Of a DNA stretch of 27,170 nucleotides, positions 1 through 9,373 are shown piece after piece. Source of the DNA: a virus (lineage: Duplodnaviria; Caudoviricetes). The stretch's first letter is position 1. The number at the start of each line of letters is the position of its first letter. The stretch covers positions 1 to 27,170 of IMG/VR virus record IMGVR_UViG_3300027653_000577, one strand, 5' to 3'. The notes beneath the pieces are model-generated. The model searched no databases and was not told where the DNA came from. It worked only from the letters and a program-made list of their open reading frames with translations. The position numbers and the translations under genes were made by a program.

Positions 1-1594
1 TGAGGGCGGAGTGGTCCCACCCGTTCTGCACGATGAAGCCGAGGTTCCACGCCTTGACGCCCGACAGCTGAGCGAACTTGGCGAGGTTGGGGTTGCCGGT
101 CATGCCGTCGCCGTTGTCGTTGAGCCATGCGCACAGGTCCACGAACGGCGCCACGGGGATGTTCCACGGCAGCGGTACGTCGGTGGAGGGGTGGGCGGTG
201 GTGGCGCCCTGGACGGTGTTGGACCAGGCGGAGGTGTTGCCGTTGTGGTCGCGGGCACGTACCCGCACCTCATAGGTCGTCTCGGGGTTCAGGCCGGTGA
301 TGGTGCCGGAGGTGGCCGGGGCGGGAACGTGGGTGGTGATGTCGCCGTCCACGGACACGTCATAGACCGCGATGCGGCGGCCCTGGGCGGGTTCGGTCCA
401 GCCCAGGGACAGGGTGCGCGGGCCGGATGACTTCACGGTCAGGTCGGTGGGCTGGCCGGGGGGCTGGGTGTCGTCGTCCGGGGCCGGGGGCTGGGGGGTC
501 TGGTCGTTGAAGCAGGGGTGGCCGTTGATGGAGCAGTCCTTGGGCTGGCGCAGCGGCGACCCGGCCGGTTCCACGCGGAAGCCCACGTCCACGGACGCGC
601 CCACGGCCAGGGGCTGGGAGGAGCGGATCACGTAGGTGCGTGCGCCTGCGTGCACGCCGTGGTTGTAGACCGCCAGCGGCGGGACCGCGTGGCCCTGCTG
701 AGCGGGGGCGGAGCCTTCTGCGAGGTCCCCGTCCTCGGCGTCGATGTCGAGGTCGGTTGAGTACATGGCGGCGGCCACGTGGTCGGCGGCGCGGTGCAGG
801 TCGCTGGTCTTGGCGACCCCGGCGCCCCACACGTCAGCGATGACGGCGGGCTCCTCCAGCACGAACGACATCTCCCACGGCAGCGCGTTGGAGCCCGACC
901 CCTGGGTCTTCTCGTGGGTGACGCGGTAGGAGGCGGTGTAGCCGCCGTCCCAGCTGCTGGAGACGGTGAAGCGTGAGCTGAACGTTCCCATGGTGATCTC
1001 CCTGTTGTGTTTCTTCGGGGTGATGGCCGGTCCCGCCATCCACATCAGGCGGCGCGCGGGACGGTCGAGGATGCCCACCCATGGGGTGAGTGGGCTGGTG
1101 GTGGTGTAGGTGTGGGTGGCTGTGGCTACGCCTTCGTCCAGGACTTGGGCGGGGGTGCCGTCGCCCCAGTCGATGGTGTGCGCGCGTGGTTTTTCCGGTC
1201 CGAGCGTCAGGGTGAGGGTGCGGTCGTCGTCGTGCCGGTACAGCTTGTGGCCGGGCTGGCCCCGGCCCCGGGTCTGCACGGTGGTTGAGCCGAGCGCGGG
1301 GCCGGTGGTGCCGTCGCGGTGAAGCTGGTGCACGGTGATGGTGTAGGCCGCGTTGTCGCAGACCCCGCCGTAGATGTGTTGGCGGGTGGCCAGGTCGGGG
1401 TGGCTGACGTTGGTGGTGCCGTCGCCCCAGTCGATGAGGTACCAGCCCTCAGCTCCGGGCCAGGACAGGGCGACTCCGCAGATCCATTCCTGGAGGCCGC
1501 ACCAGGTGAGTTCGACTGCTTCGGGGCCGGTCCGGGGGTGCTGGCCGGGTTCGGTGTTGATCTCCTGGTGGGTGTCTTCGATGCGGGAGGTCAC
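1..1594 (-). CDS. Partial multidomain protein: two PKD-like repeats, CBM2, FN3 and start of a GH18 chitinase-like domain (3' end outside window)
   Basis: Not in the ORF track because it runs off the edge. Manual translation from GTG 1594 (overlapping the upstream TGA) is open to the edge. Motifs: IDWGDG x2; CBM2-like 'FTVSSSWDGGYTASY...VDVGF...CSINGHPC'; FN3 'DTQPPGQPTDL...ITGLNPETTYEVRVRARD'; GH18-like 'APFVD...GVKAWNLGFI'. Internal AGGGAG-N6-ATG at 991. Confidence 0.8.
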   Translation of the reverse strand, partial: MTSRIEDTHQEINTEPGQHPRTGPEAVELTWCGLQEWICGVALSWPGAEGWYLIDWGDGTTNVSHPDLATRQHIYGGVCDNAAYTITVHQLHRDGTTGPALGSTTVQTRGRGQPGHKLYRHDDDRTLTLTLGPEKPRAHTIDWGDGTPAQVLDEGVATATHTYTTTSPLTPWVGILDRPARRLMWMAGPAITPKKHNREITMGTFSSRFTVSSSWDGGYTASYRVTHEKTQGSGSNALPWEMSFVLEEPAVIADVWGAGVAKTSDLHRAADHVAAAMYSTDLDIDAEDGDLAEGSAPAQQGHAVPPLAVYNHGVHAGARTYVIRSSQPLAVGASVDVGFRVEPAGSPLRQPKDCSINGHPCFNDQTPQPPAPDDDTQPPGQPTDLTVKSSGPRTLSLGWTEPAQGRRIAVYDVSVDGDITTHVPAPATSGTITGLNPETTYEVRVRARDHNGNTSAWSNTVQGATTAHPSTDVPLPWNIPVAPFVDLCAWLNDNGDGMTGNPNLAKFAQLSGVKAWNLGFIVQNGWDHSAL

Positions 1595-2349
1595 CGGATC
1601 ACCACCTGTCGGGCGCGGGTGTAGACCGTCCCCAGGTACTGGCCGGACACTTCGATCCAGTACTGCCCGGCACGCTCGTAGGTGTGGGATGTGGCTGCGC
1701 CTTCGGGGAGGGGGGAGGGCCGTTGCCACGGGGTGGAGGTGGTTTCGTCGCCCCACCGCACTTGCCAGGTCTGCCCGTCGTGGTTGTCGGGTCCGGTGCG
1801 GCGCACGGAGACGGTGCGTCCGTCCCTGGTCAGGTCGAAGGTGCCGTAGATGTCCTGGGGGTCGGTGATGGTGACCCGGCGCGCGAGGGTCTGGCCGGTG
1901 TCGGTGTCCAGGGTGGTGACCTGGCGCAGCCCGGGGAGGGTGGGGGCTTCGGTGTGTTCGCCCGGTTCCAGGTGCACGATCTCGCTGTCCCAGTCGGGCC
2001 AGGAGATCTTCAGGCGCACGGATTGGGACGCTGAGGAGTCCAGGGTGACGCGGGCGGTCAGGTCGAAGCCGGTGATGGTGATTGGTGAGGGGTCGTTCAC
2101 CTGCACCTGTTGGATCTGGGTGTGGCCGGTCTGGGCTGTGGCGGTGATGGTGTATGTCCCGGGGGCGGCGTAGGTGTGCTTGACGGGGTCGGACCAGGAC
2201 GGCAGGTGTTGTTCGGGGGTGCCATCACCCCAGGTGAGCCAGTAGTGGGCGGGAGCATCGAGCCAGCACGCCCACACGGTCAGGGGGTTGGCGGGGTCAG
2301 GGCGCCAGGACAGGCGGCCCTGCGCTTCCTGGAGGGTGTTCTCAAGCAC
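1591..2349 (-). CDS. PKD-like domain virion protein, ~252 aa
   Basis: Motifs TWGDG...HTYAAPGTYTIT and RWGDE...HTYERAGQY. GTG at 2349 has an AGAAAGGA RBS; the track start of 2385 is probably too long. Confidence 0.75.
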   Translation of the reverse strand: MLENTLQEAQGRLSWRPDPANPLTVWACWLDAPAHYWLTWGDGTPEQHLPSWSDPVKHTYAAPGTYTITATAQTGHTQIQQVQVNDPSPITITGFDLTARVTLDSSASQSVRLKISWPDWDSEIVHLEPGEHTEAPTLPGLRQVTTLDTDTGQTLARRVTITDPQDIYGTFDLTRDGRTVSVRRTGPDNHDGQTWQVRWGDETTSTPWQRPSPLPEGAATSHTYERAGQYWIEVSGQYLGTVYTRARQVVIR

Positions 2350-2432
2350 AGGAAGTCCTTTCTGGCGTCCTCGCGGTCTGGTCATGTCCGGTGGAACATC
2401 GGGTGGTCAGCAACTCCCGTCGGGAGGCGGGG

Positions 2433-2533
2433 CGGGGGCACGGTCGTGGGGGTGCCCCCGCCCTGTGGCGGCCGGGCACCCACCGGCCGCGCCGGGGGCG
2501 CCACGAGGAGTCCGAGTGAGCCGTGGCGCCCCC
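2433..2533 (-). terminator. Three tandem GC-rich hairpins after the major tail gene
   Basis: Inverted repeats GGGGGCGCCACG/CGTGGCGCCCCC (2494-2505, 2522-2533), GCGGCCGG/CCGGCCGC (2468-2490) and CGGGGGCAC/GTGCCCCCG (~2433-2460). No U tract. Confidence 0.5.
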
Positions 2534-2544
2534 TGCTGGGAAGG

Positions 2545-4797
2545 TCACTCGGCGGTGAGGGTGACCTCTTGGGTGTCGGCGCGGTCGGTGTTGTCGGCGT
2601 CGGTGGCGGTGATGGTGTAGGTGCCTGCCTCGGTGTAGGTGTGGGTGCTGGTCTCGGATCCGTCACCGGCGTTGGTGACTTCCTCGGACCCGTCGCCCCA
2701 GTCGAGGGTGACTTCGCCTTCACCGTGGTTGTCGACCACGACCTCGAAGGCGGTCTGGTCGATGACGCCCTCGGTGGGGTCCACGGTCAGCTCCAGCGGC
2801 TGCGGGGCCGGTTCGGTGACGGTGACCGTCTCAGTGGTGGAGGCGGACTCGTCGGCGGCGCTGGTCGCGGTGACGGTGTGCTCCCCGGCCGCCTCGTAGG
2901 TGTGGGTGGTGGACTCACCGTCAGCGACCTCGACCGGGTCGGAGTTGTCGCCGAAGGTGACGTTGACGGGCCCGTTGCCGTGGTTGTCGACCGATGCGGT
3001 GACCTCCAGCGGGGCCTCACCTTCGGTGGGGTCGACCGTCAGGGCCGGGTTCTCCGGTGCGGGTGCGGTGACGGTGACGGTGGCGGTGCCCTGAGCTTCT
3101 TCGTTGGCCTGACTGGTCGCGGTGACCGTGTACTCCCCGGCCTCCTCGTAGGTGTGGGTCGCGGACTCGCCGTCAGCGACCTCCACGACCTCGGACTCAT
3201 CGCCCCAGTCCAGGTTCACCGGGCCCACACCGTGGTTGTCCACCGACGCGGTGACCTCCAGCGGCGCCTCACCCTCGGCGGGGTCCACGGTCACCTCGGG
3301 GTTCTGGGTGTCGTCGATGACCTCGATCTCCACCGTGGTGGTGTGCGAGGAGTTCTCCTGGCTGGTGACCTCGACCTGGTAGGTGCCGGGCTCGTTGTAG
3401 GTGTGGGTGGAGGTGGCCTCCCCATCACCGAGGTTGGTTTCCGTCTCGCCCTCGCCCCAGTCGACGTCGACGGGCCCGTTGCCGTGGTTGTCAGCGGTCA
3501 GGGTCACTTCCAGCGGGGCTGCACCCGAGGTGGGTTCCACGTCCACGGCCGGGGCGGGGTCGGTGACCTCCACCTCGGTGGTGGCCTCCGCGCGGTCATC
3601 AGCCACGGCGGTGACGGTGATGGTGTAGGACCCGACCTCGGTGTACTGGTGCGGGTACTCGGCGGGCCCGTCACCGTCCTGGTTGTTGCCGTCCACGGTC
3701 TCGGGGTCGGACTCGTCGCCCCAGTCGATGGTGACCTGGCCGTTGTCGTGGTTGTCCACGCTCAGCCGCACACTCAGCGGCGCGGTGCCCGAGGTGGGGG
3801 AAACTTCAATGGTGGGGTCGTCCAGCTGGGGCACATCATCGATGGTGACTTCGTAGGTGTTGGACTTTTCGGCATCATCCACGTCAGAAACGGTGATGGT
3901 GTAGGTGCCGGTGGAGGTGTACAGGTGGCACTCCTCCCGACCCACGCGCGAGGTGACCTCGTCGGAGTCGTCGCCCCAGTCGATGGTGACGCGGCGGCCC
4001 GGGGACCCGGACACGGTGAAGCATGCCCGGTTAGGCTGGTCGGTGTCGATGTCGATCTGCCCGTCAACCGCCCCGGGGGCCATGGCCTCCAGCTCCTGGC
4101 ACCCGCAGGAGGCTTCGGGTGGGGCGATGGTGACGATGTCGGCGTGGAAGTGGTCGGGGTCGCCGCCGTTGGAGCCGGACTCGATGGGTTCCAGCAACGG
4201 GGAAGGGTCACCGTTGGCGTCATGGGTGATGTTGTACGGACCCCGGCCCCACAGGCTCCCGGCCTTGGTGCGGCCGTTGAGGGTGAAGGTCGCCGCTCCG
4301 TCCTCCAGCGTCCACCCCTCGGGCGCGCCACCGATGACGTAGGGCAGCAGGAAGTAGCCGTTGGGCTGGGCATCGTCGGGGGCGTCGTCGTCGCACAGTG
4401 CGGTCTGACCAGCGGCCTTGGGCCACACCTCCAGCGCGAAGCCTTGTTCGTCGGAGAACTTCTCGCCGATCCGGAATCCGGTGACCTCGCCCTTGGCGTT
4501 CTTCACCGTCTTCCACGTCGGGTTCATGATCTGCCACAGTTCCGGGTCCACGCGGCAGAACTCGATGGAGACGTTGATCCACTGGAGCGCGTCGGGCCCA
4601 CGCTCGGACACGCACAGCTCCCCGGCTGCGTTACGGAGGGTGTAGTCCTCGCCTTCCTCCACTTCAGGCTCGAACTCCACGGACACGAACCCGTCGGAGA
4701 CGCCGGTGGAGCAGTCTCCGTAGACGGGGCGGCCGCAGTGGTCCAGGCGCGTGATGCGCAGGCGCCGGGCGCCGATGTAGCTGGGGCAGACGGACAT
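2545..4797 (-). CDS. Major tail protein with six C-terminal PKD/Ig-like repeats
   Basis: N-terminal ~240 aa ('RRLRITRLDHCGRP...GFALEVW...YFLLP') resembles actinophage major tail proteins. Six xWGD/FGD...HxY...GxYT repeats follow. GAGGAGAA RBS. Confidence 0.75.
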   Translation of the reverse strand: MSVCPSYIGARRLRITRLDHCGRPVYGDCSTGVSDGFVSVEFEPEVEEGEDYTLRNAAGELCVSERGPDALQWINVSIEFCRVDPELWQIMNPTWKTVKNAKGEVTGFRIGEKFSDEQGFALEVWPKAAGQTALCDDDAPDDAQPNGYFLLPYVIGGAPEGWTLEDGAATFTLNGRTKAGSLWGRGPYNITHDANGDPSPLLEPIESGSNGGDPDHFHADIVTIAPPEASCGCQELEAMAPGAVDGQIDIDTDQPNRACFTVSGSPGRRVTIDWGDDSDEVTSRVGREECHLYTSTGTYTITVSDVDDAEKSNTYEVTIDDVPQLDDPTIEVSPTSGTAPLSVRLSVDNHDNGQVTIDWGDESDPETVDGNNQDGDGPAEYPHQYTEVGSYTITVTAVADDRAEATTEVEVTDPAPAVDVEPTSGAAPLEVTLTADNHGNGPVDVDWGEGETETNLGDGEATSTHTYNEPGTYQVEVTSQENSSHTTTVEIEVIDDTQNPEVTVDPAEGEAPLEVTASVDNHGVGPVNLDWGDESEVVEVADGESATHTYEEAGEYTVTATSQANEEAQGTATVTVTAPAPENPALTVDPTEGEAPLEVTASVDNHGNGPVNVTFGDNSDPVEVADGESTTHTYEAAGEHTVTATSAADESASTTETVTVTEPAPQPLELTVDPTEGVIDQTAFEVVVDNHGEGEVTLDWGDGSEEVTNAGDGSETSTHTYTEAGTYTITATDADNTDRADTQEVTLTAE

Positions 4798-4810
4798 GGG
4801 TGGGTTCTCC

Positions 4811-6949
4811 TCAGTCGATGGGGTCGACGGTGACGGTGGCGGTGCCCTGGGAGTCCGGGGTGGCTTGGCTGGTGGCGGTGACCGTGTAGTCGCCGGGGGA
4901 GTCGTAGGTGTGGGTGGCGGTGCCGCCGTCGGCGACCTCGGCCGGGTCGGAGTCGTCGCCGAAGGTGACGTTGGCGGGCCCGTTGCCGTGGTTGTCGACG
5001 GTCGCGGTGACCTCCAGCGGGGCGGGACCGGAGGAGGGGTCCACGGTCAGGGACGGGTCCTCGGGGGCCGGGGCGGTGACGGTGACGGTCGCGGTGCCCT
5101 GAGCCTCTTCGTTGGCCTGGCTGGTGGCGGTGACCGTGTAGTCGCCCGCCTCCTCATAGGTGTGGGTGGCGGTGCCGCCGTCGGCGACCTCGGTCGGGTC
5201 GGAGTCGTCGCCCCATGCCAGATCAACGGGCCCGTTGCCGTGGTTGTCGACGGACACCTCCACCTGGAGGGGAGCTTCGCCCTCGGTGGGGTCCACGGTC
5301 AGGGACGGGTCCTCGGGCTCTGTGACCGTCACTGACGCGGTTCCGGAAGCCTCTTCCCACAGCTGGCTGGTGGCGGTGACGGTGTAGGAGCCCGCCCCGG
5401 CGTAGGTGTGGGTGGCGGTGCCGCCGTCGGCGACCTCCACCGGGTCTCCTTCGCCCCAGTCCAGGCCGACGGGGCCGTTGCCGTGGTTGTCGACCGTTGC
5501 CTCCACCTGGAGCGGGGCGGGACCGGAGGAGGGGTCCACGCTCAGGTCCGGGTCGGGGTAGCCCGGGGTGGTGCCGGTCCCGGTGGTTTCGGGTGAGGTC
5601 TCCTGTCGGGTCCGGGCGCGCACACCCACCTCGTAGGTGGTGTCGGGTTCGGCCTCGGGCAGGTCCCAGGACCGCGCCTGAGCGCCGAGCTGGGTGCGCT
5701 GGGACCAGTCCCCGCCCTCGGGGCGCCACCGGATGTCGAACCCGGTCGGTTCGGGGCCGTCTCCGGCGTCGAACTCCCACGTCGCGGTGGCCTCGACCGG
5801 TGAGGGGGCGTCGATCTGCACGTTCGAGGGGGCGGACAGGGGGTCGATGACCCGCACCCGGCGTGTGGTGGAGGCGTCCGGGTTGGCCTGGCTGGTGGCG
5901 GTGACGGTGTAGGTGCCCGCCTCGGTGTAGGTGTGGGTGGCGGTGTCGCCGTCCTCAACGGTCTGGATCTCGGAGCCGTCACCCCAGTCCAGGTCGACGG
6001 GCCCGTTACCCCAGTTGGAGGCGTGCGCTTCCACCTGGAGGGGGGTGGTGTTGCCCTGGTGGGACAGGGTCAGGCCCGGCGCGGGCGTGGTGGGCGGCTG
6101 CGGGGTGTAGGCACGCTCCATGTCGACCGGGATCGCCCAGGTGTGGCAGGGCCAGTCGATGACGTACACGCGCTCAGCGAGAAGGAAGCCGCTGTTCGTG
6201 CGGGGGTTGAAGGCGCCCTCGGACCAGTTGGCCGGTTCGAGGATTTCGCTGCGGCGAACGGTGACCTGCGGGGTTGCGTACAGCCACAGGCGCCCGTCGT
6301 CGTCCAGGTTCTCCGGGGGCTTCCCGGAGTAGCCCGATCCCAGGACCACGGAGGTGCCCAGGGTGGTGCGCAGCCGGGGCCCGTCGCGGGTGATGTGCCG
6401 GTCGAGGTGGTGGGCGGCCCATCGGGGGGCGTGGATGATGCCGCTGCGTCCGACCTCGGCGAGTTTCTGTTCCAGGACGCCCAGGGCGTCCCGCAGGGGC
6501 AGGGGATCGTCAGCGGCCAGGGCGGTGTCTTCATGGCGCAGGTAGGGGCTGGCTCCGGCGTATCCGGAGTCCACCGCCATCTCGACCAGGTGGCGTTCCC
6601 CGCGCAGGATGCGGCGGCGGAGCTGGTTGCGGGCCTCGGTCTCGTCCTGGTTTCCGAGCACGCAGGGCTCAGCGCCGTAGATCGCGAACGGGTCGGCGCG
6701 GCTGATCCACCGGCCCGGGGTCGCGGTCTTGGTCGGGTTGTTGGGTGGTTCGCCTGCCTCGCACTGGCCGGGACCGGTGGGGTAGAGCCCTAGGCCGGAG
6801 TCGCAGGTGACGACGTACTCGATGCCGTTGTGGGCGTGGGGCTCCATCGCCTCGACGACGGTGGCGGCTGACAGGAGGCCGTACCGGGGATTGGCGGTTT
6901 CCTGCTTGTCCTTGGTGACCGCCATCCGGGGATTCATTGTGCAGCTCAT
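4811..6949 (-). CDS. Virion structural protein (post-capsid gene) with four PKD repeats and one FN3 domain
   Basis: Lies between capsid and tail genes. ~280 aa phage-type N-terminal domain, then PKD, FN3 ('APSNVQ...EPDTTYEVGVRAR') and three more PKD. GAGGAG RBS. Confidence 0.75.
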   Translation of the reverse strand: MSCTMNPRMAVTKDKQETANPRYGLLSAATVVEAMEPHAHNGIEYVVTCDSGLGLYPTGPGQCEAGEPPNNPTKTATPGRWISRADPFAIYGAEPCVLGNQDETEARNQLRRRILRGERHLVEMAVDSGYAGASPYLRHEDTALAADDPLPLRDALGVLEQKLAEVGRSGIIHAPRWAAHHLDRHITRDGPRLRTTLGTSVVLGSGYSGKPPENLDDDGRLWLYATPQVTVRRSEILEPANWSEGAFNPRTNSGFLLAERVYVIDWPCHTWAIPVDMERAYTPQPPTTPAPGLTLSHQGNTTPLQVEAHASNWGNGPVDLDWGDGSEIQTVEDGDTATHTYTEAGTYTVTATSQANPDASTTRRVRVIDPLSAPSNVQIDAPSPVEATATWEFDAGDGPEPTGFDIRWRPEGGDWSQRTQLGAQARSWDLPEAEPDTTYEVGVRARTRQETSPETTGTGTTPGYPDPDLSVDPSSGPAPLQVEATVDNHGNGPVGLDWGEGDPVEVADGGTATHTYAGAGSYTVTATSQLWEEASGTASVTVTEPEDPSLTVDPTEGEAPLQVEVSVDNHGNGPVDLAWGDDSDPTEVADGGTATHTYEEAGDYTVTATSQANEEAQGTATVTVTAPAPEDPSLTVDPSSGPAPLEVTATVDNHGNGPANVTFGDDSDPAEVADGGTATHTYDSPGDYTVTATSQATPDSQGTATVTVDPID

Positions 6950-6986
6950 GAGGGCTCCTCAGCGCGCGGTCCGGCGGTGGGTAGGG

Positions 6987-7058
6987 AGGCCCCGGAGAAG
7001 TCGCGGCGTGAATGATGAGCGACACGTACACCGCGTAGGAGGAGCTTCTCCGGGGCCT
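6987..7058. other. Long stem-loop downstream of the capsid gene (terminator or mRNA stabiliser)
   Basis: Perfect 14-bp inverted repeat AGGCCCCGGAGAAG (6987-7000) / CTTCTCCGGGGCCT (7045-7058), enclosing inner stems CGCGG/CCGCG and CGTG/CACG. Confidence 0.55.
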
Positions 7059-7077
7059 GTCTCAGGGGGCCGGGGTG

Positions 7078-9108
7078 TTAGCTGGACCGGCGGCGGCGGC
7101 TCTGTCCGGAGCCTTCGCTTTCCCCGGAGGAGGACTGGGAGGTGCTGGCGGAGGCCTGCCCGGTTCCGCTGTTGGTGCGGCTCTGCGTCTCCGGCTCGGG
7201 CTCGGGGTCCGGGTCCGGGGCAGGGCTGCACACGGTGACCTGCTCGCCCACACCGCCGGAGCGGCACAGGTTCGTCAACCGCACGCGGAAGGACCGGTTG
7301 CAGCGGTTGAGCAGCAGGAACCCTTCCTCGGTGAACAGGCTCGTGTACTTGTTCTGCTGGAGCTTGGTGGAGTCGTAGAACGCATCCAGGCTGATGACGT
7401 CCTGCTGGCCCAGCACCCACGAACCGGCGGGGTAGAACACCATCTCGACGTTGTTGGGCCAGGTTCCGGGCATGGGGCGCCCGCCCACCGGCTCACCGTC
7501 GACCAGGGAGGCGTCCTCGGTGATGCCTTCGGTGTCGTAGACCCACTGCACGCGGGTGGCGTAGGCCGCGAAGAGCTCCTCGACCTCGGCGTCGTCGACG
7601 GAGGCGAAGGACCGGTTGGCCTTCCGCGCGATGTCGAGCTTGATGTACTCCTTGAGCCAGAACGGCGCGATGCCCTCCAGGGTGGAGGTCATGCTCATCT
7701 TGTAGCGCTCACGCATCCAGGAGATGAGCAGGCCGAGCCGGTCGACGATGGAGTCGGAGATCGACCCGATGCCGTCGCCGGAGACGTCGAACCCGGGCAG
7801 GGTGTCGGAGTCGTTGAAGATGTGCGCCAGGTAGTTGTGGTTCATGAAGTGCGCGTGCGCCACCAGCGCATCGCTGAGGAACCGCTCGGTCAGCTCGGGG
7901 TAGCCGCGCTCACGGAGGATGTCGCCCTGGATGCACAGGTACTGGATCGAAAGGCGCTTTTCCTGCCACTCCGGGCACGGGCCCTCGATGCAGACCTTGT
8001 AGTTGTCTTCCTGCTCGAAGTAGTCCGGGGCGATGGGGTCGTCGCAGGAGTTGTCGACCACGCTCCCGTGCCACTCAAACGGGAGCTGCGTCCACACGGG
8101 GTAGCGGATGCCGCCCCGGTTGATGGGGATGGTGGGCAGGTCCACCATGCCCTCCAGGGTGGAGAGCGGCTCGCAGAGGCTGTAGTCGGTCTCGCTGGGG
8201 GCGCACCACACGTCGTTGCTCATGTCGGTGCAGCATCCGGCGGCGGTGAGGTTCTGCCGTCGGGCGCGGGTCGCGGCGACCAGGGACCCGCCCGGCAGGG
8301 ACCGCTCGTCGGCGACACGGTCGATGAGGTGGGAGTCGCGGCGGTCGTTGTAGGTGTGCAGGCTCCGGTCGAAGGTGCGCTTGATCAGGGCGATGGAGCC
8401 ACGGCGCGATCCGACGCCTTTCTGCCCGATGGGCAGGGTGGAGAAGCGGCGTTCGGTGGCTTCGGCGAGTTCGCGCATGCTCAGCGCGGACCCGGAGGTG
8501 GTGCGGGGCACGTCGGCGGCGGCGACGATGGAGTACTTGCGGCGGACCTGCTGGGCGGCGCCGGTGTTGGCGGCTCCTCCCCCGGCCCGGTAGGCGTTGA
8601 GGTCGCCGGTGGAGGGCAGGCGCACGGGGTTGGATGCGGGGCGGACCTTCGTGGTGGCGGCTGCCGACACGGGGGCTTCCTGGCCGCCATCGGGGCTCTC
8701 GGGCTCGGGCTCGTCCGGTTCCTCGTCGGAGGCGGTCTCTTCCTCGGGGGGCTGGCTGTCCTCGGGGGGCTGGGGGGTGGGCTCGTGGCCGGTCATGTGC
8801 GCGGCGGCTTCGGCGAACTCCTCGTCGAGTTCGGCGCGGGCCTGCTCCTGCTCGTCCTTGACGCCCTTGAGGGCGGAGACGATTCCGGAGAGCATGCGCA
8901 TGTCGGGGGCGTGGCGCGGGTCGTAGTCGCCGCCCTGGTACAGCTCGTTGAAGCGTTCGCGGCCGATCTCGATCTCGTCGGAGAGGAAGATCTCTCCGGT
9001 GGTGTCGGCGTTGATCTGGTCGCGGACGTGCTGCTGGAGCGCGTCGGGGGTGGTGTCGGCGTCGGGGGTGCCGAAGAGTTCAATGAGGGAATCGACGATG
9101 GTTGCCAT
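7078..9108 (-). CDS. Major capsid protein with N-terminal scaffold-like region
   Basis: 676 aa. Acidic helical N-terminus, then 'LTAAG...WCAPSETDYSLC...LPTIPINRGGIRY...YPEL...FYPAGSWV...LFTEEG', typical of actinophage capsids. Position after head genes. Confidence 0.85.
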   Translation of the reverse strand: MATIVDSLIELFGTPDADTTPDALQQHVRDQINADTTGEIFLSDEIEIGRERFNELYQGGDYDPRHAPDMRMLSGIVSALKGVKDEQEQARAELDEEFAEAAAHMTGHEPTPQPPEDSQPPEEETASDEEPDEPEPESPDGGQEAPVSAAATTKVRPASNPVRLPSTGDLNAYRAGGGAANTGAAQQVRRKYSIVAAADVPRTTSGSALSMRELAEATERRFSTLPIGQKGVGSRRGSIALIKRTFDRSLHTYNDRRDSHLIDRVADERSLPGGSLVAATRARRQNLTAAGCCTDMSNDVWCAPSETDYSLCEPLSTLEGMVDLPTIPINRGGIRYPVWTQLPFEWHGSVVDNSCDDPIAPDYFEQEDNYKVCIEGPCPEWQEKRLSIQYLCIQGDILRERGYPELTERFLSDALVAHAHFMNHNYLAHIFNDSDTLPGFDVSGDGIGSISDSIVDRLGLLISWMRERYKMSMTSTLEGIAPFWLKEYIKLDIARKANRSFASVDDAEVEELFAAYATRVQWVYDTEGITEDASLVDGEPVGGRPMPGTWPNNVEMVFYPAGSWVLGQQDVISLDAFYDSTKLQQNKYTSLFTEEGFLLLNRCNRSFRVRLTNLCRSGGVGEQVTVCSPAPDPDPEPEPETQSRTNSGTGQASASTSQSSSGESEGSGQSRRRRSS

Positions 9109-9152
9109 GTGGTGCCTCGTGTGGGGTGTGGACTCGTGTCATGTCACGTGTC

Positions 9153-9245
9153 CGGCCCGCAGCCAGCGACACCGCACGGCGCTCGGCCCAGAGCCAGCAG
9201 CACCTACCGGTAAATACTACACACTGTGTTCGTTTATGTTCATGC
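9153..9245 (-). promoter_or_regulatory. Putative capsid promoter and leader direct repeats
   Basis: AT-rich patch with TGTG-TAGTAT (9214-9219). Leader repeats GCTGGCT(CT/GC)GGGCCG at 9184-9198 and 9153-9167. Confidence 0.45.
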
Positions 9246-9324
9246 GGAAGCCCCCGGGCCGGTTGCCTTGCGGGAGGAGACCCCCCCGGGGGGCTTTGTG
9301 CTCTGCGGGGGGTGTGTGGGCATG

Positions 9325-9356
9325 AAAAAGGCCCCGCTGGAGTCCAGCGGGGCCTT
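9325..9356 (-). terminator. Rho-independent terminator closing the moron
   Basis: AAGGCCCCGCTGGA-C-TCCAGCGGGGCCTTTTT on the minus strand. Confidence 0.8.
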
Positions 9357-9373
9357 CGCGGATCTTCTCTTGG

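Noticed and set aside
2545-6100. Repeats as a CRISPR array or DGR template/variable pair
   Set aside because: They are in-frame coding PKD modules. No spacers, cas or reverse transcriptase; differences are not adenine-specific.
2110-9213. Very long plus-strand ORFs (907 aa, 712 aa and others)
   Set aside because: Antisense shadows of high-GC genes; no motifs or RBS.
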